A DNA stretch of 64,000 nt from an uncultured Methanoregulaceae archaeon (lineage in GTDB: Archaea; Halobacteriota; Methanomicrobia; Methanomicrobiales; Methanospirillaceae): positions 1,120,001 through 1,184,000 of the forward strand of contig OY970061.1 of NCBI GenBank assembly GCA_963705255.1, in the 5' to 3' direction. The notes under the pieces were generated by a model. That model did no database searches. It had not been told where the DNA came from and saw only the letters and a list, made by a program, of their open reading frames with translations. Position numbers and translations under genes: made by a program. This document shows positions 27,626-38,570 of this stretch, one piece after another. The stretch's first letter is position 1; every line of letters starts with the position of its first letter.

Positions 27626-29077
27626 TCACACGATCTTCCCCGTCTTCCGGATGAACAGACCTGCAATAAACATGCCGATGACCACTAGGGTCATCGCCAC
27701 GAACGCCCATTCCATCCCTTGGTTGACCGCTGCTTCGCTGATCCCGATTGACAACAGGGGCTGGCCGGGAGGGATGTGCAATGGTTGACCGGAAAGCAGC
27801 CCATGGATGAAACCAAGGGCCAGCACGATGCCGATAATTGCCGTCCCGAGAGAGCTTCCCAGCTGCCTGGTGGTGTTATAGATACCTGAGGCATCGGTCT
27901 GGCGCTCGCTCCGGATGGAGGAGAGGGTGAGGTTGGTCACCTGGGAAAGGACGATGCCAAGCCCGATCCCGAACAGGAGACTTCCGGGGAGGATGTCATG
28001 GATGGTGGTGGTGAGGGAAAAGACATCTCTGAGGGCTGCCAGTCCTGCTCCGGTGAGGGCAATGCCACCGAGAAGAACGTATTTTGGTTCGAACCACGAT
28101 GCGAGCCGGGCGCCGAGGATAGAGAACACAACGATGGCAAGGGACATGGGCAGAAGGGCGATGCCGGTTTCATACGCAGTTGCACCCAAGACGATCTCGT
28201 AGAACACAGGAAAGATGAAAATAAAGCCGGCGGTAATAAATTTCTGGCCGATGGCGACAACATTCCCGGCAAGAAAGGTGCGTTCAGGGACGATGGTAAC
28301 ATCCACGAGGATGCCTTTGCCCTTCCTGATCTGTCGCCGCTCCCAGAAGTAAAACCCGGAGAGAAGGACGATCCCTCCGGTGATGAGGAAGGGAACGATC
28401 ACCCATTCTGCCGGCTCTTTGACAAGGAGGAGCGCCAAAACCAGGGCAATGAGGCCGATAACCGAAAGGAGCGCCCCCCCGAGATCAAAGCTCTTCCAGA
28501 ATGCGGTCGGGCGGGTCTCCTTCAGCACATGGTGGAGGGCAAAGATGATGAGAAGGATGACCAGTTCGAGAGCAAAAGCCCACCGCCAGGAGTAGAAGGT
28601 GGTCAGGTATCCGCCGAAAATAAGGCCAAAGATGCTGGCCGCCGCGGCGATCCCGCCCCAGACACCAAAGGCAAATGCCCGATCTTTTCCCTCGTAGGTC
28701 CCGGTAATGAACGTGACCGTTGCCGGGAGCATCAGCACCGTGCCGATCCCTTCAAGTACCGACCAGCCCATAAGGAGCATATCTGCGTTCTGGCTGATTG
28801 CGGCCGTAAAAGTCCCGACGCCATACATCGCAGCACCGGCCAGAAACGTCCTCTTCCTCCCGATGAGGTCCTGGAGCTTTGCCCCGACCAGCATGAAGGC
28901 GGCCTTCACGAGGGTACAGGTGGTGATGATGGTCTGGATGGTTGAGGCACTGGTGTTCAGGTCATGCACCAGTGCGCTGATGGAAACTTCCATGGTCGTG
29001 GTGTCGATGACCATGATGAATACCGCCAGGCTGACGATGAAAAGGACACCCCAGGGAAAAGAGCGGTGCCGTTCCAT
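27626..29077 (-). CDS. DHA2-family MFS transporter
   Basis: GAKLQDLIGRKR, EGIG..LMLPA, AFGVWGGIAA, SWRWAF; 14 TM. Confidence 0.88.
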   Translation of the reverse strand: MERHRSFPWGVLFIVSLAVFIMVIDTTTMEVSISALVHDLNTSASTIQTIITTCTLVKAAFMLVGAKLQDLIGRKRTFLAGAAMYGVGTFTAAISQNADMLLMGWSVLEGIGTVLMLPATVTFITGTYEGKDRAFAFGVWGGIAAAASIFGLIFGGYLTTFYSWRWAFALELVILLIIFALHHVLKETRPTAFWKSFDLGGALLSVIGLIALVLALLLVKEPAEWVIVPFLITGGIVLLSGFYFWERRQIRKGKGILVDVTIVPERTFLAGNVVAIGQKFITAGFIFIFPVFYEIVLGATAYETGIALLPMSLAIVVFSILGARLASWFEPKYVLLGGIALTGAGLAALRDVFSLTTTIHDILPGSLLFGIGLGIVLSQVTNLTLSSIRSERQTDASGIYNTTRQLGSSLGTAIIGIVLALGFIHGLLSGQPLHIPPGQPLLSIGISEAAVNQGMEWAFVAMTLVVIGMFIAGLFIRKTGKIV

Positions 29078-29228
29078 ATATTAGGATGAACAGGGCACCT
29101 GATATGAAGGTATCGAATTGGGGTCGCGAAGTGCTCCGTTACGATAAGGATTACCACAAACGATCTGAGGTGATCACTCAATACGAGGCACTATTATCCA
29201 TGGAGGACATGGCAGATCAAAGATTTGC

Positions 29229-29426
29229 TTGTTCCTGAAAATCTCCATCTTCATTGATACTTCTCACCGGATTATCACCATCGTGAAGATCTCCCGACAC
29301 CCGGTCCATGATATCCCCCACGCTGAAAAACTCCTGAAACAATGCCACAGAACCCGGAAGTCCGACCCCTATGTCATGGACAAAGGATACGATGCCGAAG
29401 AGATCCGCTGCCCGTTGAGGAGCTGA
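29229..29426 (+). mobile_element. DDE transposase remnant (IS5/IS4-like)
   Basis: FLKISIFIDT....I...KISRHPVHDIPHAEKLL...YVMDKGYDAEEIR; truncated at both ends. Confidence 0.7.
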
Positions 29427-29691
29427 ATAAAGGTCGGATAAAGATCAATTTGATGGTATAAAGCTCATGATTTCAGAAGGAGGGGCGTACCGGGGGGGAG
29501 TTAGATAGAGGGGGTAATTAGTACAAAGAGGGGGGGAAAGTGCACGTACAAAGAGCTTTACAAAGAGGTTTAAAATACCGTACTTTCAGGAGGTTTCCGG
29601 TCGGGTGCGAGTGTATATGCATAGGGGAAATATGCAGGAAAAGGACCTTTAAACTGCGGATGGCGCGCTGTTTAAAGCATCTCAGCTCCGG

Positions 29692-30117
29692 TCACAAATT
29701 AAGCGTTGTTTGTATATCCCTGCGTTTTTTGAAATGTGGGGGTGGTATACCATCTTCGATTCTATTTAATATATAAAATGTCAACCAACGGAACAACACT
29801 GCAGTTATTATCGGAATATTTCGAGCGATATTTTTTGATTTGGCCAGAATACTATTGAGTAACTGCCATAGATTGTAAAAACAAACTGAGAACAGGAAAT
29901 AGAATAATCTGATAATATAATTTTTTGACGTTGTTCTTGGTCGAAATTCACTTTCAACTCGGTAAGATGTCTCAATCCCCCATCTCTTTGAATACAACTT
30001 GCTTAATATTCTGGTCCGTAACCTGTCGAGATCCATATTGGTTAAGAAAGCTCGCTTCTCCTTCTCAACATCGAGAACCATAACGAGATTTGCGGTAACC
30101 GACTTGCAGTTATTCAA
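29692..30117 (-). mobile_element. ISH3/IS4-type transposase C-terminal remnant
   Basis: AFLTN...LYSKRWGIETSYR...RPRTTSKNYIIRLFYFLFSVCFYNLW (YREK signature); AT-rich. Confidence 0.8.
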
Positions 30118-30192
30118 GCCCCTTATGGTAATTGGGATAATCTGGGGAGGATAAAGACCGCGCGGCAGACCAATTCACGTTGATCTCCCCCT

Positions 30193-31248
30193 CTATCCGG
30201 CTATCGTATCCCGGAAAACACCCCGTTCCCCGTCCCCGAGGTACTGCAGGTAGTGCCTGCGTACAGCGGCGGGGGACGAGTTTGCATAGCAGTAGGCGCA
30301 CAGGTGCATGCAGGTGGAATACTGTCCGATGTCCTTTGAAACAATACATCCGCAGCAGCTCCGCTGCCCCGGGTCCTTGAGGTACCGGGCCGGGAGGGCG
30401 GAACGGGAAGCAGCCGTGAGCGCCTGCTGCCCGCCGGGCTGCAGGAACTCCATGAGGGCCTGGTCACCGCCAAATTCCTTCGTCATCAGCCCGTAGCTGA
30501 TGCACTGCCCCGGCAGAATGCCGTACATAGAGAGGTCGCGGCACTCCCCGCAGGCCGTAATGGAAAGGCCCCAGCGCCGGTTGAGCGCCTCAAGCCCCCC
30601 GCAGAACTCCGTCACATCACCGGGCGTGAACTCGCGAAGACCGGAAAACCCCTGCACTTTCAGGTTCCGCTGCACTTTTGCATATTTTGCGATATCCACG
30701 AAACTGATGACAAGCCTCTCAGTATAGGGGTGAATCCGGTCCCCGATGCGCCGGATCTTTTCCAGCAGGTCACCGACCGTGATATTCTCCGAGAGGACGA
30801 GCGGGTCGAACCGCCAGACGACCCGCCCCCTGCCGATCCGCTCTGAGAGTTTTGTGAAAGTCGCGATGCGTTCGTCAACAGGCGGGACGCCGGGTTCGAG
30901 CCGTTCCGTATCGTAATCGTTCAGCGTGAAGAGGAAGTAATAGTTATAGCCCATCCGGTCGAGTTCAGAGAGATAAGGGAAGAACGGCGCCGGGTTTTTC
31001 GACCAGAAGACGATGACGCGGGCCTTCGCAAACGATACATAGACCGGGCTTCCCCCGAACGGGCTCTTCCATTTCACGTATCCCTTTCTCAGCCGGGCCA
31101 TGAACCAGTCGCCATAGAACGCCGGGATGTCGGTCGAGCGGCTGGCCGATATGATGACCGGGGCGATCGCCTCCACGCTGCGGGTTCCCGTCGGAGAGGA
31201 CGGATCGGGAATATCGAGCGGGATCTTCTCCCAGCCTTTCCACTTCAT
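30193..31248 (-). CDS. DUF1848 domain protein (radical SAM-like)
   Basis: IISASRSTDIPAFY, VFWSKNP, VVWRFDP, KDPGQRSCCGC..SKDIGQYSTCMHLCAYCYAN. Confidence 0.88.
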   Translation of the reverse strand: MKWKGWEKIPLDIPDPSSPTGTRSVEAIAPVIISASRSTDIPAFYGDWFMARLRKGYVKWKSPFGGSPVYVSFAKARVIVFWSKNPAPFFPYLSELDRMGYNYYFLFTLNDYDTERLEPGVPPVDERIATFTKLSERIGRGRVVWRFDPLVLSENITVGDLLEKIRRIGDRIHPYTERLVISFVDIAKYAKVQRNLKVQGFSGLREFTPGDVTEFCGGLEALNRRWGLSITACGECRDLSMYGILPGQCISYGLMTKEFGGDQALMEFLQPGGQQALTAASRSALPARYLKDPGQRSCCGCIVSKDIGQYSTCMHLCAYCYANSSPAAVRRHYLQYLGDGERGVFRDTIAG

Positions 31249-31538
31249 GGTTGTAAAGAGATCTCCGCTTCAGCGATTATTTGTTTGTGAAGGAGAATTA
31301 TTCCGGACGTTAGAAGATCTTCCAAATTCGTATAATTATTTGGATTGATAGAAGAGAAATCAAGGATAAAGGAGGGGACAGTGCCTGTCCCCCCTAACCG
31401 CCCCTGCGCTCGCTTAGGGATAGTGCCGTATTACCTTTTTAGGTAGTATCACAACCAAAAATGCATCAGTCGACGGAAATACGCATTTGGCCGAGCTCCT
31501 TAATAGGGCTTCAACGAAACATAACCGTCCGGGCGAAC

Positions 31539-31718
31539 CTATTTCGTCTCTTTTTTTATTTGGTCTTGCTTCATTTTTAGGTACACCAACACCGCGAGAA
31601 CTACGAGCCCTACGATTGCGATAACAATTAAACCATAATCCGGATCAGCTGCATATACCGTGCATGTTGGTGGATTGACACATGAATAAGACGTTCTTCG
31701 CACTTCCCATATTCTCAA
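31539..31718 (-). CDS. Possible small single-pass membrane protein (59 aa); absent from the ORF track
   Basis: TTG-start ORF ...SCVNPPTCTVYAADPDYGLIVIAIVGLVVLAVLVYLKMKQDQIKKETK with a strong TM and basic tail. Confidence 0.35.
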   Translation of the reverse strand: MRIWEVRRTSYSCVNPPTCTVYAADPDYGLIVIAIVGLVVLAVLVYLKMKQDQIKKETK

Positions 31719-31773
31719 TCTTATGGTGACATTGAATAAATTTACTTTAACATCTCAAATAAGAGGAAAACGA

Positions 31774-32542
31774 TCACTCGATATTCGCAATCGTCGCAAA
31801 ATCCTCCAGGTACAGCTCTTCCGGCAGGCTCCTGAGGATCTCGTCCGGCAATGCCTGGATCGCCCGCTCAACCCAAATGGGGGAGAGCATGCTGCCGGCC
31901 GATCCCTTCAGGCAGTTGCGCACCGTCTTGCGCCGGTGGGAGAAGAGTGCCCGCACGACATCTGCATACAGGCGTCGGTTGGCAATGTAAAAGATCGGGT
32001 CGCGGGGGACGATCTGCACAACCGTGGAATGCACCTGCGGTTTCGGGGAGAAGCAATGGGGCGGGAGCCTGAAGCACTGCCGGACCGCAGCATAGGTCTG
32101 GACCATGATCGAGAGACCGCCCGCAGTCCTTCGTCCCGGCAGGGGCGACCATCCGTTCCGCGAACTCGCTCTGGTACATCAGGACGGCAACCTCAAACCC
32201 GGTCTCCAGCAGCCGGAAGGTGATCTTGGACGAAACAGAATAGGGGAGGTTGGAGACCGATATCTGGAAAGGAGGGATCTCACAGCGGGTCGCGTCCCCA
32301 TGCTGGAGCTTGAGCCGCCCCTCAGCGATCTCCTGAGAAAACGAGTCTGCGAGTTGCCCGCAGAGCAGTCCGTCCAGTTCTATGGCATGGACAATGGCAC
32401 CCCGGTCGAGCAGGGCACGGGTGAGCGCCCCGTTTCCCGGCCCGATCTCGAGCACCCGCTTCCCCCGCACATCCACAAGGTCCGCTATGCGGTTCACCGC
32501 ATGGGGATCGATGAGGAAGTGCTGGTCGTGGCGCGCTTTCAT
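31774..32542 (-). CDS. rsmA: 16S rRNA m6,2A dimethyltransferase; 1-nt frameshift near 32116
   Basis: DQHFLID, VLEIGPG.G.LT, SNLPYSVSS, MYQSEFAERM, then CFSPKPQVHS, FSHRRKTVRN in the next frame. Confidence 0.92.
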
Positions 32543-33103
32543 TTCGTGGTGAATACGTGGTACTTTACGTCCTTGTCCTGGAGCTCTTCGAGAATCCGGG
32601 CATGGATCATCTTCTCCGGGTGCGGGATGGACTTGATTCTCGCGGATATGTCTGCAAAATTTGCAAATGGCCTTTTATTGCGCTCCTCAAGGATCTCCCA
32701 CATCAGACTTCTTGCCGATGCCCGGGAGCAGGTGGAGCATGTGGAGCTTGGGCGTGATCGAGATCGCCTTGTTGAAGAAGGCGACAAAGTCAGGCTCGCG
32801 GTCTTTTATCACCTTCTCGATGATGAACGGGAGCTCGCCTTTCGCGGTATGCGTCAGCTCGTCGTACCCGATCCTGCGCTTGACACGCTCGATCTTCTCC
32901 CGCTCGGCATCGCCGATATAGACTTTCTCGTGGAGCTCTATCCTGACCGTTGGTTTCGGAACAAGCTCCAGAAGCTTGAACTGTTCGAGGCCCATCGCCT
33001 GCACGATCGGCTCTCTCTTAAAAGGGGGGCGGGGATCATCAGGGTGCCCCTTCATCAGCACATCCAGTACGATCGCGTTGATCTCTTTTTTCTCCGCCTT
33101 CAT
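32539..33103 (-). CDS. DUF655 putative RNA-binding protein; 1-nt frameshift near 32709
   Basis: QAMG...FKLLEL, VYIG..ER.KI, FFNKA.SIT.KLH.LHLLPGIGKK/LMWEILEER..RPF; conserved position between rpo4 and ksgA. Confidence 0.88.
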
Positions 33104-33113
33104 GTGCCACACC

Positions 33114-33473
33114 TCAGAAGTGTGTCGTTACCAGTTCGATGATTGAATCGATCTCTTCAGGAGTCAAGGTGTACCGCTCTTTTGCAAAGATCGCCCGCAC
33201 TTCGTCGCGGGTCTTCGGCATGATATTGGCAATACGGTACGCGATCTCCGGTTTCATCTTCTCCATCTTGGAGAGCCCGGCCACGAGATCCTTTGCCTTT
33301 TCGGGAGTGGTCTTTGCAAGCTGATTGGCATGCTCGATACTGCGCCGGAACTCGTAGGACATCTCCTTCTCGGCAGCGATCCTCTCGGACTCGACGCCTA
33401 AGAGGACGCTGCGCATCTCGGGGAGCGTGACCTTCTCTTCGCTAATAATACCCTTTACTTTGATGCCAATCAC
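33114..33473 (-). CDS. rpoF: RNA polymerase subunit Rpo4 (RpoF)
   Basis: EMSYEFRRSIEHA, IANIMPKTRDEVRAIFAKER; position after rpl21e; start codon non-ATG and uncertain. Confidence 0.88.
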   Translation of the reverse strand: MIGIKVKGIISEEKVTLPEMRSVLLGVESERIAAEKEMSYEFRRSIEHANQLAKTTPEKAKDLVAGLSKMEKMKPEIAYRIANIMPKTRDEVRAIFAKERYTLTPEEIDSIIELVTTHF

Positions 33474-33485
33474 CTGACAGTGAAT

Positions 33486-33776
33486 TTACTTTTGTGCTTT
33501 TAGATGTTGTGGTCTTGCAATGACGACCTTGTCAGCGTCGCCGTCGCGGATCGTCAGCATCCATGCACGCCCGCGCTGGCCGATGACGGTCCCGGTCTTC
33601 CCGTGGAAGCGGCGGTGGGGCATCCCCTTCTGGATGCTCGGCTCAACGACAACGTGGACCCGGTCGCCGACCTCGAACTTCTGGATGACCGACGTTACCG
33701 GCGGCAGGCCGCGCTTTCTCAACTCTTTCTTGAATTTATACCGTGTCTTCTTTCGTGGACCATTGTGGTGTGCCAT
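33486..33776 (-). CDS. rpl21e: 50S ribosomal protein L21e
   Basis: GPRKKTR, FEVGDRVHV, GMPHRRFHGKTG, RPQHL. Confidence 0.96.
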   Translation of the reverse strand: MAHHNGPRKKTRYKFKKELRKRGLPPVTSVIQKFEVGDRVHVVVEPSIQKGMPHRRFHGKTGTVIGQRGRAWMLTIRDGDADKVVIARPQHLKAQK

Positions 33777-33777
33777 C

Positions 33778-35010
33778 TTATTCTCCCTCCTGTGCTCCTT
33801 CGACCTGCGTGACGTCGAGGCTGGTGACGCGGGCTGCTCGTTTCAGGATCTCGGCAAGACTCGGACGGGTTCTGCCTGAGTCCCCGGATACGAGTTCCTT
33901 GATGTAGAGGCCGGCTTCGCCCAGGACTTCGACAACAAATCTGCCGTCCTGCTGCCCCACATACTCGATATCGAGGACTTTCCGCTCACGGACCTTGTCG
34001 GCTCTCCGGTGAGCGACCCTCTCGGGCGTGCGCTGCTGTATTGTGACGCCCTGCAAGGTTTTTGCGGCTTTTGCGAACTCATCCGCTGATAATTCGCCGT
34101 CAACCTCGACCAGGATCCTGTATTTTTTATGCGCTTTGTTTGATTTAAGGGTTTCCACCTCCCCACGGTCGCTCCAGCGTTTTATCGCAACGGAAACCCG
34201 CCCTTCTGCGGTCCGGTTGATCTCCGCTTCGAGGGCAGCAAGGTCCAGCGATCGTTTTTTCGGAGCGACGACCTCAAGGATGAACGGCCTGCCGGTCCCG
34301 ATCATCCGGGCGTCGATATCTTCCCTGCCCGCACCGTGCAGAACCGCGTTCTGCGCATCGAATGCTGCAATGACCGGCCTCCCGATCAGCTCCTCTACAG
34401 AGTCAAGATACTGCGCACCGGTGAAGTTGCACTTCTCGCAGCCGGCACCCTTGCAGGCCCGGCAGTCCCAGTGGGTCTGGGGGATCCCCCGCTCGAACTT
34501 CCGGTACCTGCCGTAGAAGAAGACCGAGTTGACCTGCACTTCAACCGCACCTGAAGCGGGGTCGAGGATCGCGACGACATCGGGTTTCTTGAAGTCCACG
34601 ACTTTTCCGGTCCGGGCCGACACCGCCTTGCCGACTTCCCGGTTCACTTCAGATTTGAACGGCTCGGGCTCGGCAAGCGAGAGGTCGCTCCAGACCATCT
34701 CCTCGTTCTCGGCCACGAGCGGCGGGACGCGGCAGCCGACGAGGAACGTAGAGTATTCAATACCCTTCGTGGCCTCGATCACCCGATCGGCCCAGAGCGG
34801 GACATCGTCGAAGAAGTTCCCGCAGACCCAGCAGGTCCCGCTGAACCTCGCGTAGGGCTGGTTGTCCGCAAGGGCGATGGCGATCTTCAGCCCGCGCCCG
34901 CGTTCGTCGTTCGAGAGCCCGTGCGAGCGTTTGCCGAAGAACCGCCCGAGGCAGTGGTCGCAGCATTCCCCATAGGCAAGGATCGCCTTTGCCTGTTCAT
35001 TTATTTCCAT
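33778..35010 (-). CDS. pus10: tRNA pseudouridine(54/55) synthase
   Basis: CDHCLGR, GRYRK..RGIPQTHW, HGAGREDID.RM.GTGRPF, QRTP.RVAHRRADKVR, GLYIKELVSGD.GRT.PS. Confidence 0.94.
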   Translation of the reverse strand: MEINEQAKAILAYGECCDHCLGRFFGKRSHGLSNDERGRGLKIAIALADNQPYARFSGTCWVCGNFFDDVPLWADRVIEATKGIEYSTFLVGCRVPPLVAENEEMVWSDLSLAEPEPFKSEVNREVGKAVSARTGKVVDFKKPDVVAILDPASGAVEVQVNSVFFYGRYRKFERGIPQTHWDCRACKGAGCEKCNFTGAQYLDSVEELIGRPVIAAFDAQNAVLHGAGREDIDARMIGTGRPFILEVVAPKKRSLDLAALEAEINRTAEGRVSVAIKRWSDRGEVETLKSNKAHKKYRILVEVDGELSADEFAKAAKTLQGVTIQQRTPERVAHRRADKVRERKVLDIEYVGQQDGRFVVEVLGEAGLYIKELVSGDSGRTRPSLAEILKRAARVTSLDVTQVEGAQEGE

Positions 35011-35579
35011 CCGCATCTCCTCCTGTCCAGCTCGTTCTGCAGCACCGTGATCGCGTGATCGGCATGCAGGCACTTCGGCCCTACGGAATACCTCGGGCAG
35101 GCTCCGGTCAGCCCGGTCTCCTGTTCCGTGAAGTTCAGGTGATCCGAGAGGAGGTATGCCGCCGGCAGGTCCTGCACCGTCCTGATATCGGTCCCGTTCT
35201 CGTCCAGCACGGCAAACGCATGTTCGGTCATGAGGCGTTCAAGGCCCCCTTTCCGGATGGAGACGCCATCGGCAGCTTCCCGGAACTCGCTCCCGCACGG
35301 AGTGTCGATCACTTTCCTGATGAGGGCTCCGGCACTCCGCTCGTCCGGGGAGAGCGAACGGACCGAGGCCCCGGAGAATTTCACGGTCTTCGGCCCGGCC
35401 GGCGCCCCGAGGAGCACGAGATAACAGTCAGCATCCCTGCGCAGATCGTGCGAGAGGAAGAGGGAAGCGTTCACGCAGCGGCAGAGCACGTCCATCCTCC
35501 CGCCGCTGCCCGGCAGGTCGTTCAGGGAGAAGCCCCGGTCCGTCCGGGCAAGGTGCCCGATGATGGCGAACGTCGTCAT
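35001..35579 (-). CDS. trmY: tRNA pseudouridine(54)-N1-methyltransferase
   Basis: FSLNDLPGSGGRMDVLCRCV, FLSHDLRRD, PDERS, LSDH, SVGP..LHADHAI. Confidence 0.92.
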   Translation of the reverse strand: MTTFAIIGHLARTDRGFSLNDLPGSGGRMDVLCRCVNASLFLSHDLRRDADCYLVLLGAPAGPKTVKFSGASVRSLSPDERSAGALIRKVIDTPCGSEFREAADGVSIRKGGLERLMTEHAFAVLDENGTDIRTVQDLPAAYLLSDHLNFTEQETGLTGACPRYSVGPKCLHADHAITVLQNELDRRRCGWK

Positions 35580-35580
35580 C

Positions 35581-36902
35581 TCACTGCATTCCGGAGAAGC
35601 GCTTCATCAGGCGCTGCATGTTGAATTTCCCGCCCCCGCCCCGGAGTCCCTTGAGGGTGCGCTGCATCATCTTGTAGTATTTCAGGAGCTCCCGCACCTC
35701 GTCCGGCGTGGCGCCTGCCCCGTGGGCGATCCGCTGCATGCGGGAACTGCTGATGAGGGCAGGGTCGTCAGACTCCGTTGCCGTCATCGAGTCCATGATG
35801 ATCCGGTACCGCACCATCTTGGTGCTCGTGACATCGTAGACGCCTTCGGGAAGCTGCATGTTCCCGAGCGGCAGCATGCCCATGATCTGCTTCAGGGGGC
35901 CCATCTTGTTGAGCGCCTCGAGCTGCTTGTACATGTCGCGGAGAGTGAACTTCCCCTTCATCATGGAGTTGACATCCACGTCATCAGGGTTGATCGCCTC
36001 GCTCGCCCGTTCGACCAGCGCCTTCAGGTCGCCCATGCCGAGGAGACGGGAGATGAACCCGTCGGGATCGAACCGCTCGAGATCCTCGATCGTCTCGCCG
36101 CTCCCGATGAAGGCGATCCCGCTCTTGGTCTCCGCCACTGCGGACATGGCGCCCCCGCCCTTTGCGGTTCCGTCCATCTTGGTGATGATGACCCCGTCGA
36201 TGCCGATCGCCTCGTGGAACCGCCGGGCCTGCTCGCTCGCCTGCTGGCCGAGCGCCGCGTCGATCACGAGCCAGCGGTGGGTGGCCTTCGTGAGCACGTT
36301 CAGCTCGATGATCTCACGGATGAGGTCGGCCTCGAGCGCGTGGCGGCCCTGGGTATCGACGATGATCAGTTCGAGGTCCCCGAAGGCCTCGAGCCCCTCG
36401 CGGGTTATCTTGAGGGCGTCCTTCTCCTGAGGGTTGCCGAAACACGGGACATTGATCCTGCTGCAGAGCGTCGAGATCTGGTCGAAGGCCCCCGGTCGGA
36501 AGGTGTCGGCGCAGATCACGCCGACTTTCATCCCCTTCTTCTGGAAATAGCGGGCGAGCTTTGCCGTGGTCGTGGTCTTGCCGCTCCCCTGCAGGCCGGC
36601 CATGAGGATGGTCTGGGGTTCGAGCCTTACATCGGTAGACGCCCAGACGAGCCGGACGAGTTCCTGGTACACGATGCGGAGCACATGCTCCCGCACGTTC
36701 ATGCCCTTGGGGGGTTCCTCCTCGAGAGACCGGGTCCGGATCGCCTTCGAGACTCCATGACGAGCCTGACGTTGACATCGGCGGAGATCAGCGCCCGCTG
36801 GAGGTCTTTTACCAGCTCGTCGACTGCCGCACGGTCGACCACGGTCCTGCCCGCGAGTTTCTTGAGCGCATCCTTGAGGGACGACGAGAGGCCATCGAGC
36901 AT
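35581..36902 (-). CDS. srp54: Signal recognition particle protein SRP54; 1-nt frameshift near 36753
   Basis: MLDGL...[16 protein letters not shown] then [34 protein letters not shown] and a Met-rich M domain. Confidence 0.95.
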
Positions 36903-37969
36903 CAGGCACCGCCCTCCAGCAGTTCGTCTACCACTTTTGCCGGCTCGAACGGGATGATATCGGTATATGCCTGCCCGGTGCCGATGAACATGAGCGGTTT
37001 TCCGATCGTGTGGGCGATCGAGATGGCTGCACCTCCGCGGGAGTCCATGTCGGCCTTGGTGAGGACCACGGCATCCGCCCCGATGGTCCGGTCGAACTCG
37101 GACGCCCGGGTCACGGCATCGTTCCCCGCCACCGCTTCGTCCACGTATACTACGAGATCGGGCTTCATGACGCGCTTGATCTTGTCCAGCTGGTTCATCA
37201 GGTTTGCCTTGGTATGGAACCTCCCGGCAGTATCGGCCAGCACGACATCGATCTTGTGGGAGGAGGCGTACTGCACGGTATCGAAGAGGACCGCGGAAGG
37301 GTCGGCGCCTTCCTGGTGCTGGATGACCTTGATCCCGAGGCGTCCGGCATGCACGCCGATCTGTTCGATGGCGCCGGCACGGTACGTGTCCCCGGCACCG
37401 ATTACAACCGTGAACCCCTGCCCCTTGAGATATGCCCCGATCTTGGCTACTGTCGTGGTCTTTCCGGTCCCGTTCACACCGGTGAAGAGGATCTTGACCG
37501 GGCGGTCGTGGGTTCTGATGTAGCCGCCGAGGTCGAACCCGCTGCCCAGTACCTCGAGCAGGGCCGATTTGAGGGCGCCGAGCACGAGAGCGTCGACCGA
37601 TTCGCCAATCTTCCGGTGTCTTCCGACCAGGTTCTTCCGGACTCCGGCAATGATTGCGTCGGTGGCCGGCAGGGCCACGTCGCTCTCAAGCAGGGTCATC
37701 TCGAGCTCGGAGAGAGCGTCTGCCACGTCCCTCTCGGAGACTACCAGCTCGCGGTCCCGGATGAGGACCCTGACCTTGTCCACGAAGCCCGTGGATGCGG
37801 AAGCAGGGGCGGGCCTGCCCTCATCAGGCCGATCCTCCTGCACAGGACCCGGGGCAGCAGCCTGCTGCGCTTCCTGACCCTCCGGCTCCTGGGATGCGGC
37901 AGCGGCCTGGAGGCTGCTCCCGAGCCGGTCCCGTGCAGCCTGCAGCTTCTCGCGAAGACCCGCGAACAT
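36902..37969 (-). CDS. ftsY: SRP receptor FtsY
   Basis: [47 protein letters not shown]. Confidence 0.95.
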   Translation of the reverse strand: MFAGLREKLQAARDRLGSSLQAAAASQEPEGQEAQQAAAPGPVQEDRPDEGRPAPASASTGFVDKVRVLIRDRELVVSERDVADALSELEMTLLESDVALPATDAIIAGVRKNLVGRHRKIGESVDALVLGALKSALLEVLGSGFDLGGYIRTHDRPVKILFTGVNGTGKTTTVAKIGAYLKGQGFTVVIGAGDTYRAGAIEQIGVHAGRLGIKVIQHQEGADPSAVLFDTVQYASSHKIDVVLADTAGRFHTKANLMNQLDKIKRVMKPDLVVYVDEAVAGNDAVTRASEFDRTIGADAVVLTKADMDSRGGAAISIAHTIGKPLMFIGTGQAYTDIIPFEPAKVVDELLEGGA

Positions 37970-37986
37970 GTTCTTCGGTAACCCCG

Positions 37987-38436
37987 TTATTCCCCGTACT
38001 GCTCTGCCGCTGCCTGCTGGTAGCCCGACTCGATCCTCTTGTTGATCTCATTCATCTGGGACCGCAGCCGGTCAAGAGCATCGGCAACCTTCTTTGCGGA
38101 GGCTTCCATCTCCATGATCCGTTCTTTCAGGAACTCGACGGCGTCCCTGTTCGTCCGCTCGACAACCACTTCAGCGCCGATCGCAATGAGGATTTTCTCC
38201 GGTTCAAGGACTTTTGCCCGGACGCTCGCCCCGCCGCCGATCTGGAGGAGGACGGTGCTGTCCTCAGAAGCGAGCATGGCTTCGAGGGACTCGATGGCCG
38301 CAAGTGCCTCCATCCTCCCGTTTTCCAGCAGCTGAAGCTGGTTGACAAAAATCTCTGCCTGCTGCCCGTATTCCTGAAGATAGTTCTGGAGCGTCAGCAA
38401 TTCGCGCTGGTCCATCGGTTGCATCTTATCTGCCAA
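37987..38436 (-). CDS. pfdA: Prefoldin alpha subunit
   Basis: Coiled coils flanking VLLQIGGG and ILIAIGAEVVVE hairpins; upstream of ftsY. Confidence 0.9.
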   Translation of the reverse strand: MADKMQPMDQRELLTLQNYLQEYGQQAEIFVNQLQLLENGRMEALAAIESLEAMLASEDSTVLLQIGGGASVRAKVLEPEKILIAIGAEVVVERTNRDAVEFLKERIMEMEASAKKVADALDRLRSQMNEINKRIESGYQQAAAEQYGE

Positions 38437-38570
38437 AATCCGCCACTCCCAAAAATCAATGCTGCCTGGATAGTCCTGACTCCTGATATGTATGTTCCAT
38501 CACCATAAATACATCATGATGGAAGTGTGAGGGGAAGGAGGGGCTCCTCCAAAGCCGTCCCCCGCAGGGA

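Noticed and set aside
33455-33480. ATC where rpoF homologues would have ATG, as a possible non-canonical start
   Set aside because: An in-frame GTG lies 9 nt upstream and a base-call error cannot be excluded; not enough evidence.
35581-36902. srp54, rsmA, xseA and others as true pseudogenes or programmed frameshifts
   Set aside because: Single indels with no further decay and no shared slippery motif; srp54 is essential; sequencing error is more parsimonious.
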